Below, in pieces: positions 1 to 11,101 of a stretch of DNA of 64,000 bases. Positions within the stretch are counted from its first letter, which is position 1. Every line of letters begins with the position of its first letter. The translations under genes and the position numbers were made by a program. Under the pieces are notes generated by a model. That model was given only the letters and a program-made list of their open reading frames with translations, did no database searches and was not told the origin of the DNA. Origin of the DNA: Cyanophora paradoxa CCMP329 (Eukaryota > Plantae > Glaucophyta); NCBI GenBank assembly GCA_004431415.1, contig QPMI01000062.1, positions 372,001 to 436,000 on the forward strand. The letters are read 5' to 3'.

Positions 1-710
1 ACAGCCGCTGAGCTGCAGTGAGTGCCGCCGCGCGCGGCGGCCTCATCGGGGCGGCCTTCCAAGTTCAAACTCAGTGACTTGAAAGCCAATGTGCAAGTGA
101 TCATGATGATGATCATGATCACCTACCAGTACATCATGATCACGGAGTTAGTCTGCAGCCTGGCAGCTGGCGTGGCCTAAAGCTACTAGCTAGCCGCTGA
201 GCGCTATCGAGGCTATCGCTATCGATATATTTAGCTAACGAAGGCGCTACGTAATATACGACACTATGCACACTAAATAGCTGCCTATAGCTAGTCACGA
301 TAAACGACGTGACTGCTGAATAACTTAGAAATACGATGCCATGATGATCAGAACACTGAGCCATGCATACGCCAATGTGACATGTGTACACATGATGCAC
401 TAATCAGAACGTGGCCTAGATCAGGGGCAAAACGAAGAGAACAGATCAGCAAATTCAGAGGAGGGACATTAGCCACGCCGCTACTAGCCTAGTAGGCTAT
501 GGGGGACATTGATCATGACCAACGTTGGCGATGCGAGGCGAGCGGACTTCTGGTCCTAAAGCTTGGGATCTAAAGAAACGGGATCCTGATGATGGAAAAA
601 GAAACTCGAGATCAAAGTTCGTCACCGAAAACTGGACCGGAGGTTCGAATTCAGCGCTTTGATTCGGAAAGGGGCCGCAGCGGAAGATGGGTTGCGCTCG
701 AGAAATGCCG

Positions 711-3700
711 CTAAGGAGGCGGCTCGCGGTTGTACGGGGGTGCCGGGGACCCCGCCGCGGGCCCCGATCGCGACGTCGATGTCCTGGGAAGAGTGGCGGC
801 GCATCCGGAGGCGCCGGCGGCGCGAGGGAAGCGGCTCGAGGGGACTTCCTCCCGGGCCCAGGCGCCCTCCGGGGCGTGCCCGTGGGGGGCGGCGGGCCGG
901 GCTCCCGGCGCCGGCGCCGAGCTCGAGGGCGCGTGCGCTTGGCCATGCGAGCTCGAAGAGAAGGGCGGCAGGTGGAGCGCGCTCAGCTGCCACGCGTCAG
1001 CAGACGCCGGCGCCGCGCAAGGCGGGGGTACAGCGTGCGGGACGCACCGGGGGGTAGGGCAAGGCCCAGGCGCCAGGTGCGTCCGAGGCGGGCACGTGCG
1101 CGAAGATGTGGTAGGGGAACGGCAGAAGGGGCGCGGCGGGCAGGCCGGGGGCGGTCCGGAGGGGCGTCAGGGAGACGGGGTGCGCCCCGGGCCAGACGAT
1201 GCGGGGGTACTGGAGGGGCGGGGGCAGCCCCGGGAGGGCGAAGGCGGCGGGCTGGCGATTTGCGTGGGGCCCCGGCAGGCCGTGCGCCGCGGCCGGCTCG
1301 CGATCGCGCGGGGGCCCGGGCCCGGGACCGGGCGCCGGGCCCCTCTTCCGCCCCCGCTTCCGCTGCGCGGCCGCCGCCCCCGCCGGCTCGCCCGAGGCCG
1401 GCGCCCCGGGGCCGGCGGCTGGAGGCGCGCCGGCGGGGCAGCGGCCGCGGAGGGGCCGGGGCCATCGCCCGCCGAGGGGCCATCGCCCGCCGAGGGGCCA
1501 TCGGGGCGGCGCCACGGCTCCCCGTCGGCCCCGCCCTCCGCGCCCTCCCCGTCGCCCTCGGGCTCTCCGCCCGAGCCCTCGCCGGCCTCCGAGCCGCTCT
1601 CCCCCCCCTGCCCCGCCCCAGCGGCCCCCCGCCGGCTCCGCACGCTCCTCCCCCGCTTCTTGTTCGTGACTGCGCGCGCCGCCGCCCGGGGACGGGTCCC
1701 TTGGTCAGCGGAGGCCCCCGGGGCGAGGGCGAGGGCGAGCGGGGCGGGGGTGACGCTGCACGGACACTTGTGCCCCGGGTGCTGCGCTTCGAAGTCCTCC
1801 TTCATCGTCTCCGCCAGCGCCTTGAACCTGCCGCCCCGTGCCCCGCCGTGTCAGCCCCGGCCCCGCCCGGCGGCCTGCTGGCCGAAGATTTCTTTTGTTT
1901 CTTTTGGAGGGGCGGGGTGGCGGCGGCGGGAGGCCTAGAGTGCGAGGGCGAGGGGGGTGGGCGCGGCGGCACGCACTTGGCCCGCTCCCCGTCGGGAAGC
2001 TTCTTCCACTCCTGCCGGGGCGACCGCGCGCGCGCGCGCGTGTCTCAGCGCGCGCCCCTCCAATCCCCCAAAGAGAAATAAGGGATGAGGGAGGGAGGGA
2101 GGGGGGCGCTGCCGGCCGCGCTCCCGGCGCTCGAATCTCCATGGCCAGCCGGCGCACCTGGCCCAGCAGCCGCGAGATGTTCACGTTGGGCAAGTCCTGC
2201 CCCCGCACTCTTAGTCAGCCAGCCAGAATTCATCGCAAAACAACGGGCGAAGCTGACCGGGTTCTGGGCCGCCAGCTGTTTTCGATACTGCAGGAACCCG
2301 GTTAGCGGCCGAGAACTAGGCCTATAGCCAGGAGGGATCCAAGAAATAGACGGGAAAGCCGATATCGATGGAAGCCACAAGGGCGACAACGGGTGCAGAG
2401 GTAAATAGATGCATGTAGCGACAAGAACTGCGACGCTGCAGGCATATATCCGGCCAAGAAATAGGGGTAATCTAAGCTATAAAGATCGGATGTATAGAGA
2501 AAGAAATGACGAGAGGAAGGGCAACAACATATTATGCAGAGGTATACGTAGCTATAGGTAGGTGGATGGCGACGAATGAAATGGAAGGAGCCGGGAATGG
2601 GCGTTGGGGGCAACCCTATTTTCGGGTTCGTTTCTCGCGATCGCGAGTGCTATGTGCGCAAATGGGAGTGATGCGGTATCGGGAGTTAAGAGTCCTATGA
2701 GCGGGCTCGCGACTCGCTAGCTATAGGTGTTGCTTGGTGTCGGCCATGCCTTCTGGCGAACGCCTGTAGCTAGAACTAGAGCTAGAGGTACACGTAGTTG
2801 TACACGTAGAACTAACGCGCGAGAGAGGGTCCTTGTGTGGAGTGGAAACTTAGATCAGTCGACGCATAATTAGTTGATGTTCAGCTGCTATTGGATGCAC
2901 ATGTGTGAGGAGAAATTGAAGGGCGCACAACATTGCTGAAAAGCATCTGAGGCGCAGGAAGGAAGTAAGTTAGGGCGAATGAGCGCAGGGCTTGACGCGC
3001 TGCACGCACGAAAGCGTTACATCTGCCGAGAAGAGGTCAAGTGAGTCGGACGAGATCTGCAGTTGAGATGGAAGGCGGAAAGGGCGCGCACGGTCTGCGG
3101 AGGCGGCCGCGGGAGAGGCCGCCCACGACGCCGCTCCTGCCGGCGTACACGCGCAGGGTCTCCACCTTCAGTTCCGAGAGGGCCGCGGGGAGAGGCGGCG
3201 CCGCGCTCGGCGGCGGCGGCGGCGAGGCAGGCGGCGGCCACGCGGCCGTCACCCGCGGCGGGCTCCTCGTGATCGCCCGGGGCTCTCTGGCCGGCGCCCG
3301 TCCGCGATGGGCGGAGGCGGTGGATCGGGATGCGGGGACGGGGACGCGGGGGCGGCCTCCCGCCGGGCCTCCGCTTCCTCGAGCTCCACCGCCGCCTCGA
3401 GGCCGCTGGGCGCGGCCTCGCGGTCGGAGGTCGCCGCAGCGTCGGGCGCGTCGCCGGCCGTGCAGCCGCTGAGCACCGAGAGGGCGATGCTGGGGCGGGC
3501 GGGGCCGCAGCCTCCGCCTCCGGCGGCGGCCTCGCCGAGCTGCGTGCTGACCCGCGCGCTCGACGTCGAGCTGTGCGAGCCGCGCCGCGAGCCCTTCAGC
3601 AGCCGCTCCCGGTTGATGTGCGCCGCCAGCCGCGCCGCCGCCGCCTCCACCTCCCGCCCGTACGGGCCCTCCCCCGCCGCCGGCGCCTCTGCCCCGCCAG

Positions 3701-4212
3701 GCGCCGCCCGCGGGAGCCGGCCCACCTCGGTCTCGTGGGGCGAGCTGCCCCCGGACGCCCATACGGGCGGGGCCCGGGCGCGGGAGAGGCCGCAGGCTCT
3801 CGCCCGGGGGAGGCCGACGGGGCCCCCGAGGTTGGAGGCGGCGGCCCAGCTGCTGACGTTGCTGTAGAAGGAGGGGGCGCCCCACGCGCCGCCGGGCAGC
3901 TGCAGCTCCGGCCCCCGCGGCGCGCTGCCCGGGCCGCCGGAGACGGGCGCGCCCGGGTCGACGCCGCCCCAGAACTCCTCACCGAGCCCGAAGCCGGGCA
4001 GCGGGTGGGCGTACAGCGGGTGCGTCCCGTCGACGAGCTTCAGCCAGTCCTCATCGGTGAGCGCCGCCGTATCGGGAGGGGGCCCTCCAGCTCCGCCTAA
4101 CCGCCCCGCGTCGCGCGACGAACCCGATCCTGCCGCGCGTACGTCGGATTGTGCAGCGTAGCCGCGGGACGGACAAACGGCGAGATAAAGACCGCGTACC
4201 TCGTGCATCCAT
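711..4212 (-). CDS. Sequence-specific HMG-box transcription factor (SOX/TCF/MATA-like), multi-exon; 5' and 3' ends approximate
   Basis: Splicing GT-AG exons (..3092, 3022-3010, 2946-2929, 2287-2258, 2196-2158, 2011-1977, 1827-1766, 1669..) gives GRLRRPCNAFMLFSNVYRKQLAAQNPDLPNVNISRLLGQEWKKLPDGERAKFKALAETMKEDFEAQHPGHKFTNKKRGR, a complete HMG box with basic tail. The low-complexity flanks need frame corrections (about 3300 and 1400), so start and stop are tentative. Confidence 0.8.
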
Positions 4213-4931
4213 TGCTCGGAATCCCGGAAATCTACGACCATCCGACTAGGCGCATTGCGGCAAGCTCCACGTGCACTCCCGTACGCGCACGGCCAGCTGA
4301 GCAGCACATGTAACACATAACTCGAACGCTCGAGGTGCGAGAGGCTCGGATGCGGCGTCTCAAGCCTGGCAAGGCAGCATTCGCCGACTTCCGACCCGGC
4401 CGGCTTCTACTTAGCTTTCTCAAACTTCGGAATTCGAATGCTGTTGGAATTCGCCGTCGCGGCTCTCTACTACGACTCCGGCCTAGGCTAGGCAAGGCGA
4501 AATGCGCAGGCGCTCGTGCGTGGGCGCCGTGGGGCAGCCGCTCGCTGCTGGCGCGGTATATGCATGCAAATTTCAATTTGCGCGTGTACCCCCCCGCGAG
4601 CTGCAAGCTGAACAGGACTCGCGTTCGGAAGAAGCAACGAAGTCCGCGATCGCGATCGCGCGAGCGGACGGCGGACGCGCAACTTCAGCAGCGAAAAAAA
4701 GTTCAAAAAACGCACTTGAATAAGCGCCGTGAGGGCCCGTGACCTGTGTTCATGAATCCAGTCCATTGCAATTGTAGCTATAGAATCTTTGAAGTCCTAT
4801 TTGCCGAGGATATCGCGATCGATTGTGCAGACGATGGCGCCGGCGCGGCGCCGGCGGCCCGGCGCGCGCCGGGCGCGGAATCGCCGCGGATCGGATATCG
4901 ATCGATCGATATCGCGCAGCGACGCGCATGC

Positions 4932-5441
4932 CAGTGATGTTAACCTTACCAGTAATATTCTGTAATATACATTATAATAATGCATTATAATAATATTATT
5001 GTAATAGTGCCACTTTCCGGGGTTACCGGTAAGGTGTATTACAGGTTGGAAAGACCCCCTTAGTTCACGAGCAGCAGCGCTCTGCGACGTACCTACACGT
5101 CATTTAACAACATATAAGCTATATTTGACAGGTCTGATGACCAGGAAGCTCTTTAACAGCCCCGTTCGACCTTGCTTGATGGGGTACCCCTGTTGCTTGC
5201 CTCAAAAGGCCTCTTGAACCATGTTAGCAATAAGCTTAAAGTCACATCTTGCATGTTTCACGTGATAAGAGAGTGTTTCGGACAGATTAGCATCAAGAAT
5301 AAGCAGCGCAGGGCTGCGGGAATGGGGTTTCTATGAGGTATTACAGGTAATATAGTATAATATTAGTAAGGTTTATTATAATACCATTAAACATTACCGG
5401 TAATAGTGCATTTTTGGGATTAATTAGTAATAACATCACTG
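4932..5441. mobile_element. Non-autonomous hAT-superfamily MITE (510 bp)
   Basis: 11-bp TIRs CAGTGATGTTA (4932-4942) and TAACATCACTG (5431-5441). Identical 8-bp flanks GCGCATGC (4924-4931 and 5442-5449) match the hAT-length TSD. AT-rich body with subterminal TTACCGGTAA, GTAATA and TATTAC motifs; no transposase ORF. Confidence 0.9.
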
Positions 5442-5865
5442 GCGCATGCGCACAGTAACGCGGCGCACTGCGGCCCATGGCCAGTCTGCGGCGCATGCGC
5501 AGTGCGCACATGCTTGGGTAAAAAGTTGGGTTTCGGCCCCCCAACTTTCGGGCCAACTTTCGCAGTCTTTCGGCCACAATTGTAATTTGTAAGGCCCACA
5601 ACTTCAATTTCATTCAAGATTCGGGAGCTTTCGGTGCAAGCTGCTAGCTACTGTAGTAGCTTTCAAGTTTAGCCTTCAGCCGCGTAGTAGCATAGTATGG
5701 CGGGCCTACTAGCGGCTAGGGCCCAGGGGGACCGATCTTCCACGTGCACTGTACATGTGAAGCTGCAGGCTGCAGCTGGCTACGTTACGTCGACGTCCGT
5801 CATCGCCGATCGCGATGATCGATCCGTGCATCGCGCGCCATGTCCATGTCTTACGACTCGGCGAA

Positions 5866-8846
5866 TCATTGCTGCCCCCACTGGGCTTGCCAGCCGGAGG
5901 GGGCGGGGTAGGCGCCCCCGTTGGGCGGCGCGGGGGACGTCGAGGGCGCGGCGGGGGCCATGGGGAAGAAGCTCGCCGGCACCGCCGCCGCCTGCGCGCC
6001 CCGGAGGAGTCGGGGCGCCTGGGGGCGCCCTGGGGGAGGCGAGGGGGTGGCGCGCACCTGCTGCGGGGCGGGGGCGGCCTGCGGGGGGGCGCCCTGCATG
6101 GCCTGCATGGCCTGCATCTGCTGCATCTGCTGCATCATCATCTGCATCTGCTGGAACTGCGGCGCCGGCGGCAGCAACGTATCAGCGGCGCGCGGCGGTG
6201 GGGGAGGGGGTGGGGAGAGGGACCTGTGCCATCATCTGCTGGTATGCCGCCGGGTCCGGTGCTCCAGCCGCGGGGGCGGCGGGGGCGGCGGGGGCGGCTC
6301 GGGCCGGGGCGGGAGCCGGGGCGGGTGCGGCGTTGCGGGCGGGGAGGGGCGGTGCGGGGGCGGCGGGGGGACGGGGGCGGAGAAGGAGGGCTGGGCAGAG
6401 ACGGGGGCGCTGGGGCCCTCGGAGCGCGGCGAGTCCTGTCCCCCCCCCCTCAGCTGGAGGCGGGGGGCGGGGCGGGGCGGGGGCGGGGGCGGGACGGACG
6501 GGCTCGTTGTCGAGGCCGGGGAGGGGCGGGAGGGGCGTGTGCAGCGAGGAGAAGGCGTCCGCCTCGAGGCCCGTGAAGCGCCGGCACAGGTTCGGCAGGT
6601 CCACGTTCAGCGACTGCCGCCACAGCCGCCCCGTCGCCCGTCGGCTCCTCGCCTCGGCGCCGAGCGGGGCGGGGCGCGGCGGGGCGGGGCGGTCGCACGG
6701 AGTCGAGCAGCTCCATGAGCTGCGGGGCGGGTGAGAGGGGGGGGGGGCGGCGGGGCGGGGGAGGGGGCGGGGGCCGGGCGGGCCTTCTTGTCGAGCTTGG
6801 GGAACTGCTTCTTGAGGTCGAAGAGGGCGAGCTTCTCCTTGAAGCGGTCGATGTGCGGGAAGTCCCCCTGCCGCCCCGTGAGCGGGAGTGGCGTGGACCT
6901 TGATCGACGAGCGCGGGGGCGCACCGGGGGGATCTGGGTGGCGACGTGGATCTTCATGAAGTGCTGGTCGAGGTGCGCCAGCATCTCCGCCTGGGCGCTC
7001 TTCTTCCCGAACAGCGCCGGCATCTGCTCGCCCCCCCGCCCCCCCCGCCCCGCTCAGCCCAGGCCGCCCCCGCTCCACCCTCGCCCCGCTCGCCTGCTTG
7101 CGGAGGTAGTGGATCTGCCGGTGGGCGGGGCGCCCGGGCCTCAGCGCCGCGTGCGGGGGCGGGTGCGGGGCGGGCGGACGATGTAGGCGTGGAGGCGAGC
7201 GAGGCGGGCGCGCTTGACCATCTCGTTCGTCTTCCGCACCGCCGCCATCTTCTGCGGCGGGGGTCGGGCCGGCGCGCGCGCCCGAGGCACCCCCGGCCCC
7301 TCTTCGGGCAGGCCCTGTCCCTCTGGGAGCTCTCTGGCGGGGCGGGTCGGGGGCGGGGCGGGGCGGGGCGGACGGGGAGGGACTGGAGGTCGCGCATGAG
7401 GTCGGCGTGCTCGCGGCGGAAGAGCTCCGCAAGCTCGGGGTTCCGGCACGGCTGCTCCCAGAACGACCCCATGTACACCCGCATCACCTGCCGCCGCTCT
7501 CAGGAGGCGGCGGGTGGGGTTGGCGGGGTGGGGGGTGGGGGGGGAGGGGGGGCGCCTCTGGGGTCCTGACGACCTTGCCAAGGGCCCACATCATCGCCCC
7601 GTAAACCCGCATCAGCTGCTGCGTCGAGACCTGCCGCCCGCCGCGCGGCGCGCGTCGCTCGCCCGGGGCGCCCTGAAGAGCCTGGGCGGGGGGCCGGGCG
7701 CGGACCTGGTCGGCCTTGTTGAGGACGACGCGGATCTTGTCATCGTTGCCCTTCAGCGCCTCGATCGCCCGCTTGAACTCTGCCCCGCCGCCGCTGAGGC
7801 GTCCGGCCGGGCCGGCGGCCGGCGGTGGCGCCGGCGCGGGGCCGGACCGTCGGAGATGTCGAGCTTGTAGGCGTCGAAGAGGAGGAGGATAAGGTCCGCC
7901 TTCTCCGCGAACCACTCGATCACCTGGCAGAAGTCGTACCCCCGGTCCAGCCGCTGCTTCTCCCCCGCCAGCACGCCCGGCGAGTCGATGAGCTGCGGGG
8001 GACGCCGGTCGGCGCGAGGAGATGGTCGCACGGCGCGGGGCGGCGCGGGGCGGGCGGCGCACGGTGATGGACTTGAGGAGGGGCGCCGGCAGCTCGCTGC
8101 TCTCCATCCGCTGCAGGAACGAGGTTCCGAACTTCTGCAGGCCCCTGCCCGCACCCGCTCGCCGGGCCCGCGGCGCTCCCGCCGCGCGCGGGAGCACCGG
8201 AAGGGCCGGTCGGTCTGCACGGAGAGCGCCGCGCCGGGCGTGCGCCGCTCCTCGTTCCCGTGCATGATTGCCATGAACCGGTCGGTCGTCGGCTCAGGCC
8301 CGATGTGCTGCGCGATTGTCAGCTGCGCCGCGAGCCTCGCATGCCCGCAGTGGCGCCAGCTCGTCTAATGTTTATGAGAACGGAGAGGCGCCCACGAACC
8401 GCCCTGCGAGCAGAAAAGCGACAGTTCAGCGACAGGACGAGGAGGGGACAGGCCTGGCTCGGCAAGCGCACCCCGGGAAGTCGCGGCCGAGAAGGTGCTT
8501 GACAAACGTGGTCTTCCCCGTGCTGTACCTGGAGGGCGGGCCTCAGGCGTGCGCCGAGGAAGCGAGCGAGCTTCCGCGCACTGTCCGATGAGCAGGACGA
8601 GGGGCTTGGCCTCGATGTCCGCATCTGTCAAAGTTTGGCTGGAATGCGCAGCGTCAGAGCATGCGAGCACATGCGCGTGGGGAAGGGCGCACCTGTAAAA
8701 GTCGCCGTAGCTTGTGGAATGCGCGGCTCAGATCAAGCGGGCATCGACGTGTGCCGGCAAGCGCACCGGTAAGCAGTTTCAAGCGGCTTGATCTTCTCCG
8801 CGTATGTCTTCTTGAGGCCTGCAATAACTGGATCCACCGGGTCCAT
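5866..8846 (-). CDS. EHD: EHD/RME-1 family dynamin-like ATPase with Pro/Gln/Met-rich C-terminus, multi-exon
   Basis: Spliced product: [33 protein letters not shown]/..[17 protein letters not shown] (P-loop), [77 protein letters not shown]. These are EHD hallmark motifs. Confidence 0.93.
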
Positions 8847-9098
8847 GTCTACTTGGCGCTGATACGCGCCAGCCAGCGGCGTCGGCGTTCCCAGCGTGGT
8901 GTTTCGAATGACTCGCGCTTGAGGCGCGCCGGACGGCTGGAGCGGCTCGCTGTGCTGCTTCGAAATCGCTCAAGAGCGTTGTTTCTTGGCTGGCGGCTCT
9001 GCCGCTGCGAGCTGTGGCGCAGCCGGTGCTCGAAGGGGGGGTAGTGTGCGATTCGAGCGCTCTGGCCCGCTTCTGAAGCGGCCCGCCTGTCCTTCGAC

Positions 9099-10970
9099 AT
9101 GAGCTCTTGCGCGCGCCGGGTATGGAGGATCGCCAGTCGATCGCTGGATAGCCTGCGCTGCGAGCCGGACGTCCTGCAGCCTCCGCCGGCGGGGCACGCG
9201 CGCATTGCGGTGCGCGCCATCGGCCTGAACTTCGGTGCATACGTCGAGCCAGCAGTTGTTCCACGATCAGGCTAACGCGCTCCCTTGCGCAGCCGACATC
9301 TTCGCTTGCCTCGGCCTGTACGCGGCGACGCCCAAGGGCGAGTTTACGCCGGGCCTGGAGTTCGCGGGCGTTGTCGATGAGATCGGGCCGGCTTCAGCGG
9401 AGGGCAGTGCGGGGCTCGCCGGCGCCGACGACGCGCCGCTGCGGCCGGGGGACCGCGTGATGGGTGAGCTCGGCCTGGCCTGGGCCGCCCGCTGCCGACG
9501 TCGACTCGCGCACGCGCCCCGCGCGCGCAGGCCTGACGCGCTTCGGGGGCTACGCGACGCACATCAACGCGGACGTGCGGTACCTGCGGCGCATCCCGGA
9601 GGCCTGGTCGTTCGCGGAGGCCCGCCCGCCCCCGCGGGGCCGCGAGGGCCGCGCCGGCCTCCGACGCGCCCTGCAGGGCGCGGCCTTCCTCGCGCAGGCG
9701 CTGACCGCGTGGTACGCCCTCGTCGAGCTCGGCGGCCTCAAGGTGACGCCCAAGGGCGCCCAGCGGCCCGCATGGCGGCCCCCGCAGGCGCGCCGCCCGC
9801 CCCGCCGCCCAGCGCGCCGGCCGCCCCGCGGCGGCTTGACGGGCGCGCGCGCAGACGGTGCTGGTGCAGTCGGCGGCCGGGGCGTCGGCCTTCTCGCCCT
9901 CGAGATCCTCAAGAAGGCGCGCCGGGCGCGGGGGCCCGTGCCCCGGCCGCCCTGCGCCGGTGACGGGGGCGGGGCGCAGACGGGGGCGGCGCGGGCCGTG
10001 GCGGCCATCGGGAGCGCGTCCAAGGCGCCCCTCCTCAAGCAGCGCTTCGGCCTCCCCGACGTGCGCGGCCGCTCCCCCGCCGGCCGGCCGGCGGCGGCCG
10101 AGCGCGCGGGGCGGGCGGGCGCAGGCGCAGATCATCGTGCGGGACCGCAAGCGCTTCGCCGAGCAGATCGACGAGGCCCTGTGCGCCGCCCCGCCCCCCG
10201 GCACCTCAAGGGCCCGGCCTCGCGGTGAGCGGGCGTCGCGGGGGGCCGGCGCAGCTTCTCGATGGGGCTCCCCTCGAGCGGCCTCGACCTCGTGCTCGAC
10301 TCCGTGGGGGGCGACTTCTTCGCGCCGGCCTTCGACCGCCTCGCGCGCGGCGGCCGCGCGGTCGTCTTCGGCGCCGCCGACTTCATGACCAGCGGCGCGC
10401 CCCGCCCCGGCCCCCTCCCCGCGCCCCGCGCCGGGTACACTGATGAACGGGAGGGAGGCAGGCTCGCGCCCGAACTGGCTCTGGATCGCGTGGCAGTACC
10501 TGCGGCGGCCCAAGATCGACCCCTTCCAGATGATCTCCGACAACAAGGCGGTGCGCCCTCCCGTACCCCCACCCACCCCCACCCCCACCACTCACCCGGC
10601 TCGCCCTCCGATCCCCCCGCAGGTGATGGCGTTCAACCTGATCTTCCTGTGGGACAAGGTGGACGAGATCGGGGCGATGCTGGGAGACATCCTCGCCCTC
10701 GGCGGCTGGTCCGAGACGTGCGCGCCCCGCCCCGCCCCTCCCGCCCCTCCGCCCCCTCCCGGCCTGAGGCCGCGCAGGCCGCCCCTCGTGGGCGCCACCT
10801 TCGCCTTCGAGCGGACCGTCGATGCGATGCGGGCCCTCCAGGCGCGGCCCCGGCCCCGCGCGAGGCGGCCCCGCCGCCGCCGCGCCCGGCGCCCGGCGCC
10901 CCTGACCCGCCCGCAGAGCGGATCGACCGTCGGCAAGGTCGTCGTCGAGGTGCCCGAGGGGCGCTTGTGA
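9099..10970 (+). CDS. VAT-1-like / quinone-oxidoreductase MDR family protein, multi-exon
   Basis: AVRAIGLNF/ADIFACLGLY..TPGLEFAGVV, LTRFGGYATHIN, ALTAWYALVELG, LVQSAAG(G)VG (one G missing in a run near 9880), DLVLDSVGG, GSTVGKVVV; stop at 10968-10970. Confidence 0.9.
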
Positions 10971-11101
10971 GCCCCGCCCCGCCCCCGCGCTCGACTGTGG
11001 GCGCGGTGTGTACATAGCGAAACGCAAAGTATAGCACGACGGGGGCCGGGCGGCCTGGCCACTGGGGCCGGGGTTCGAAAGGGGTCCGCGGGGGCCGCTC
11101 C

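Noticed and set aside
5505-5625. Second transposon end with CCAACTTTCG repeats next to the MITE
   Set aside because: No partner TIR or TSD found in the window.
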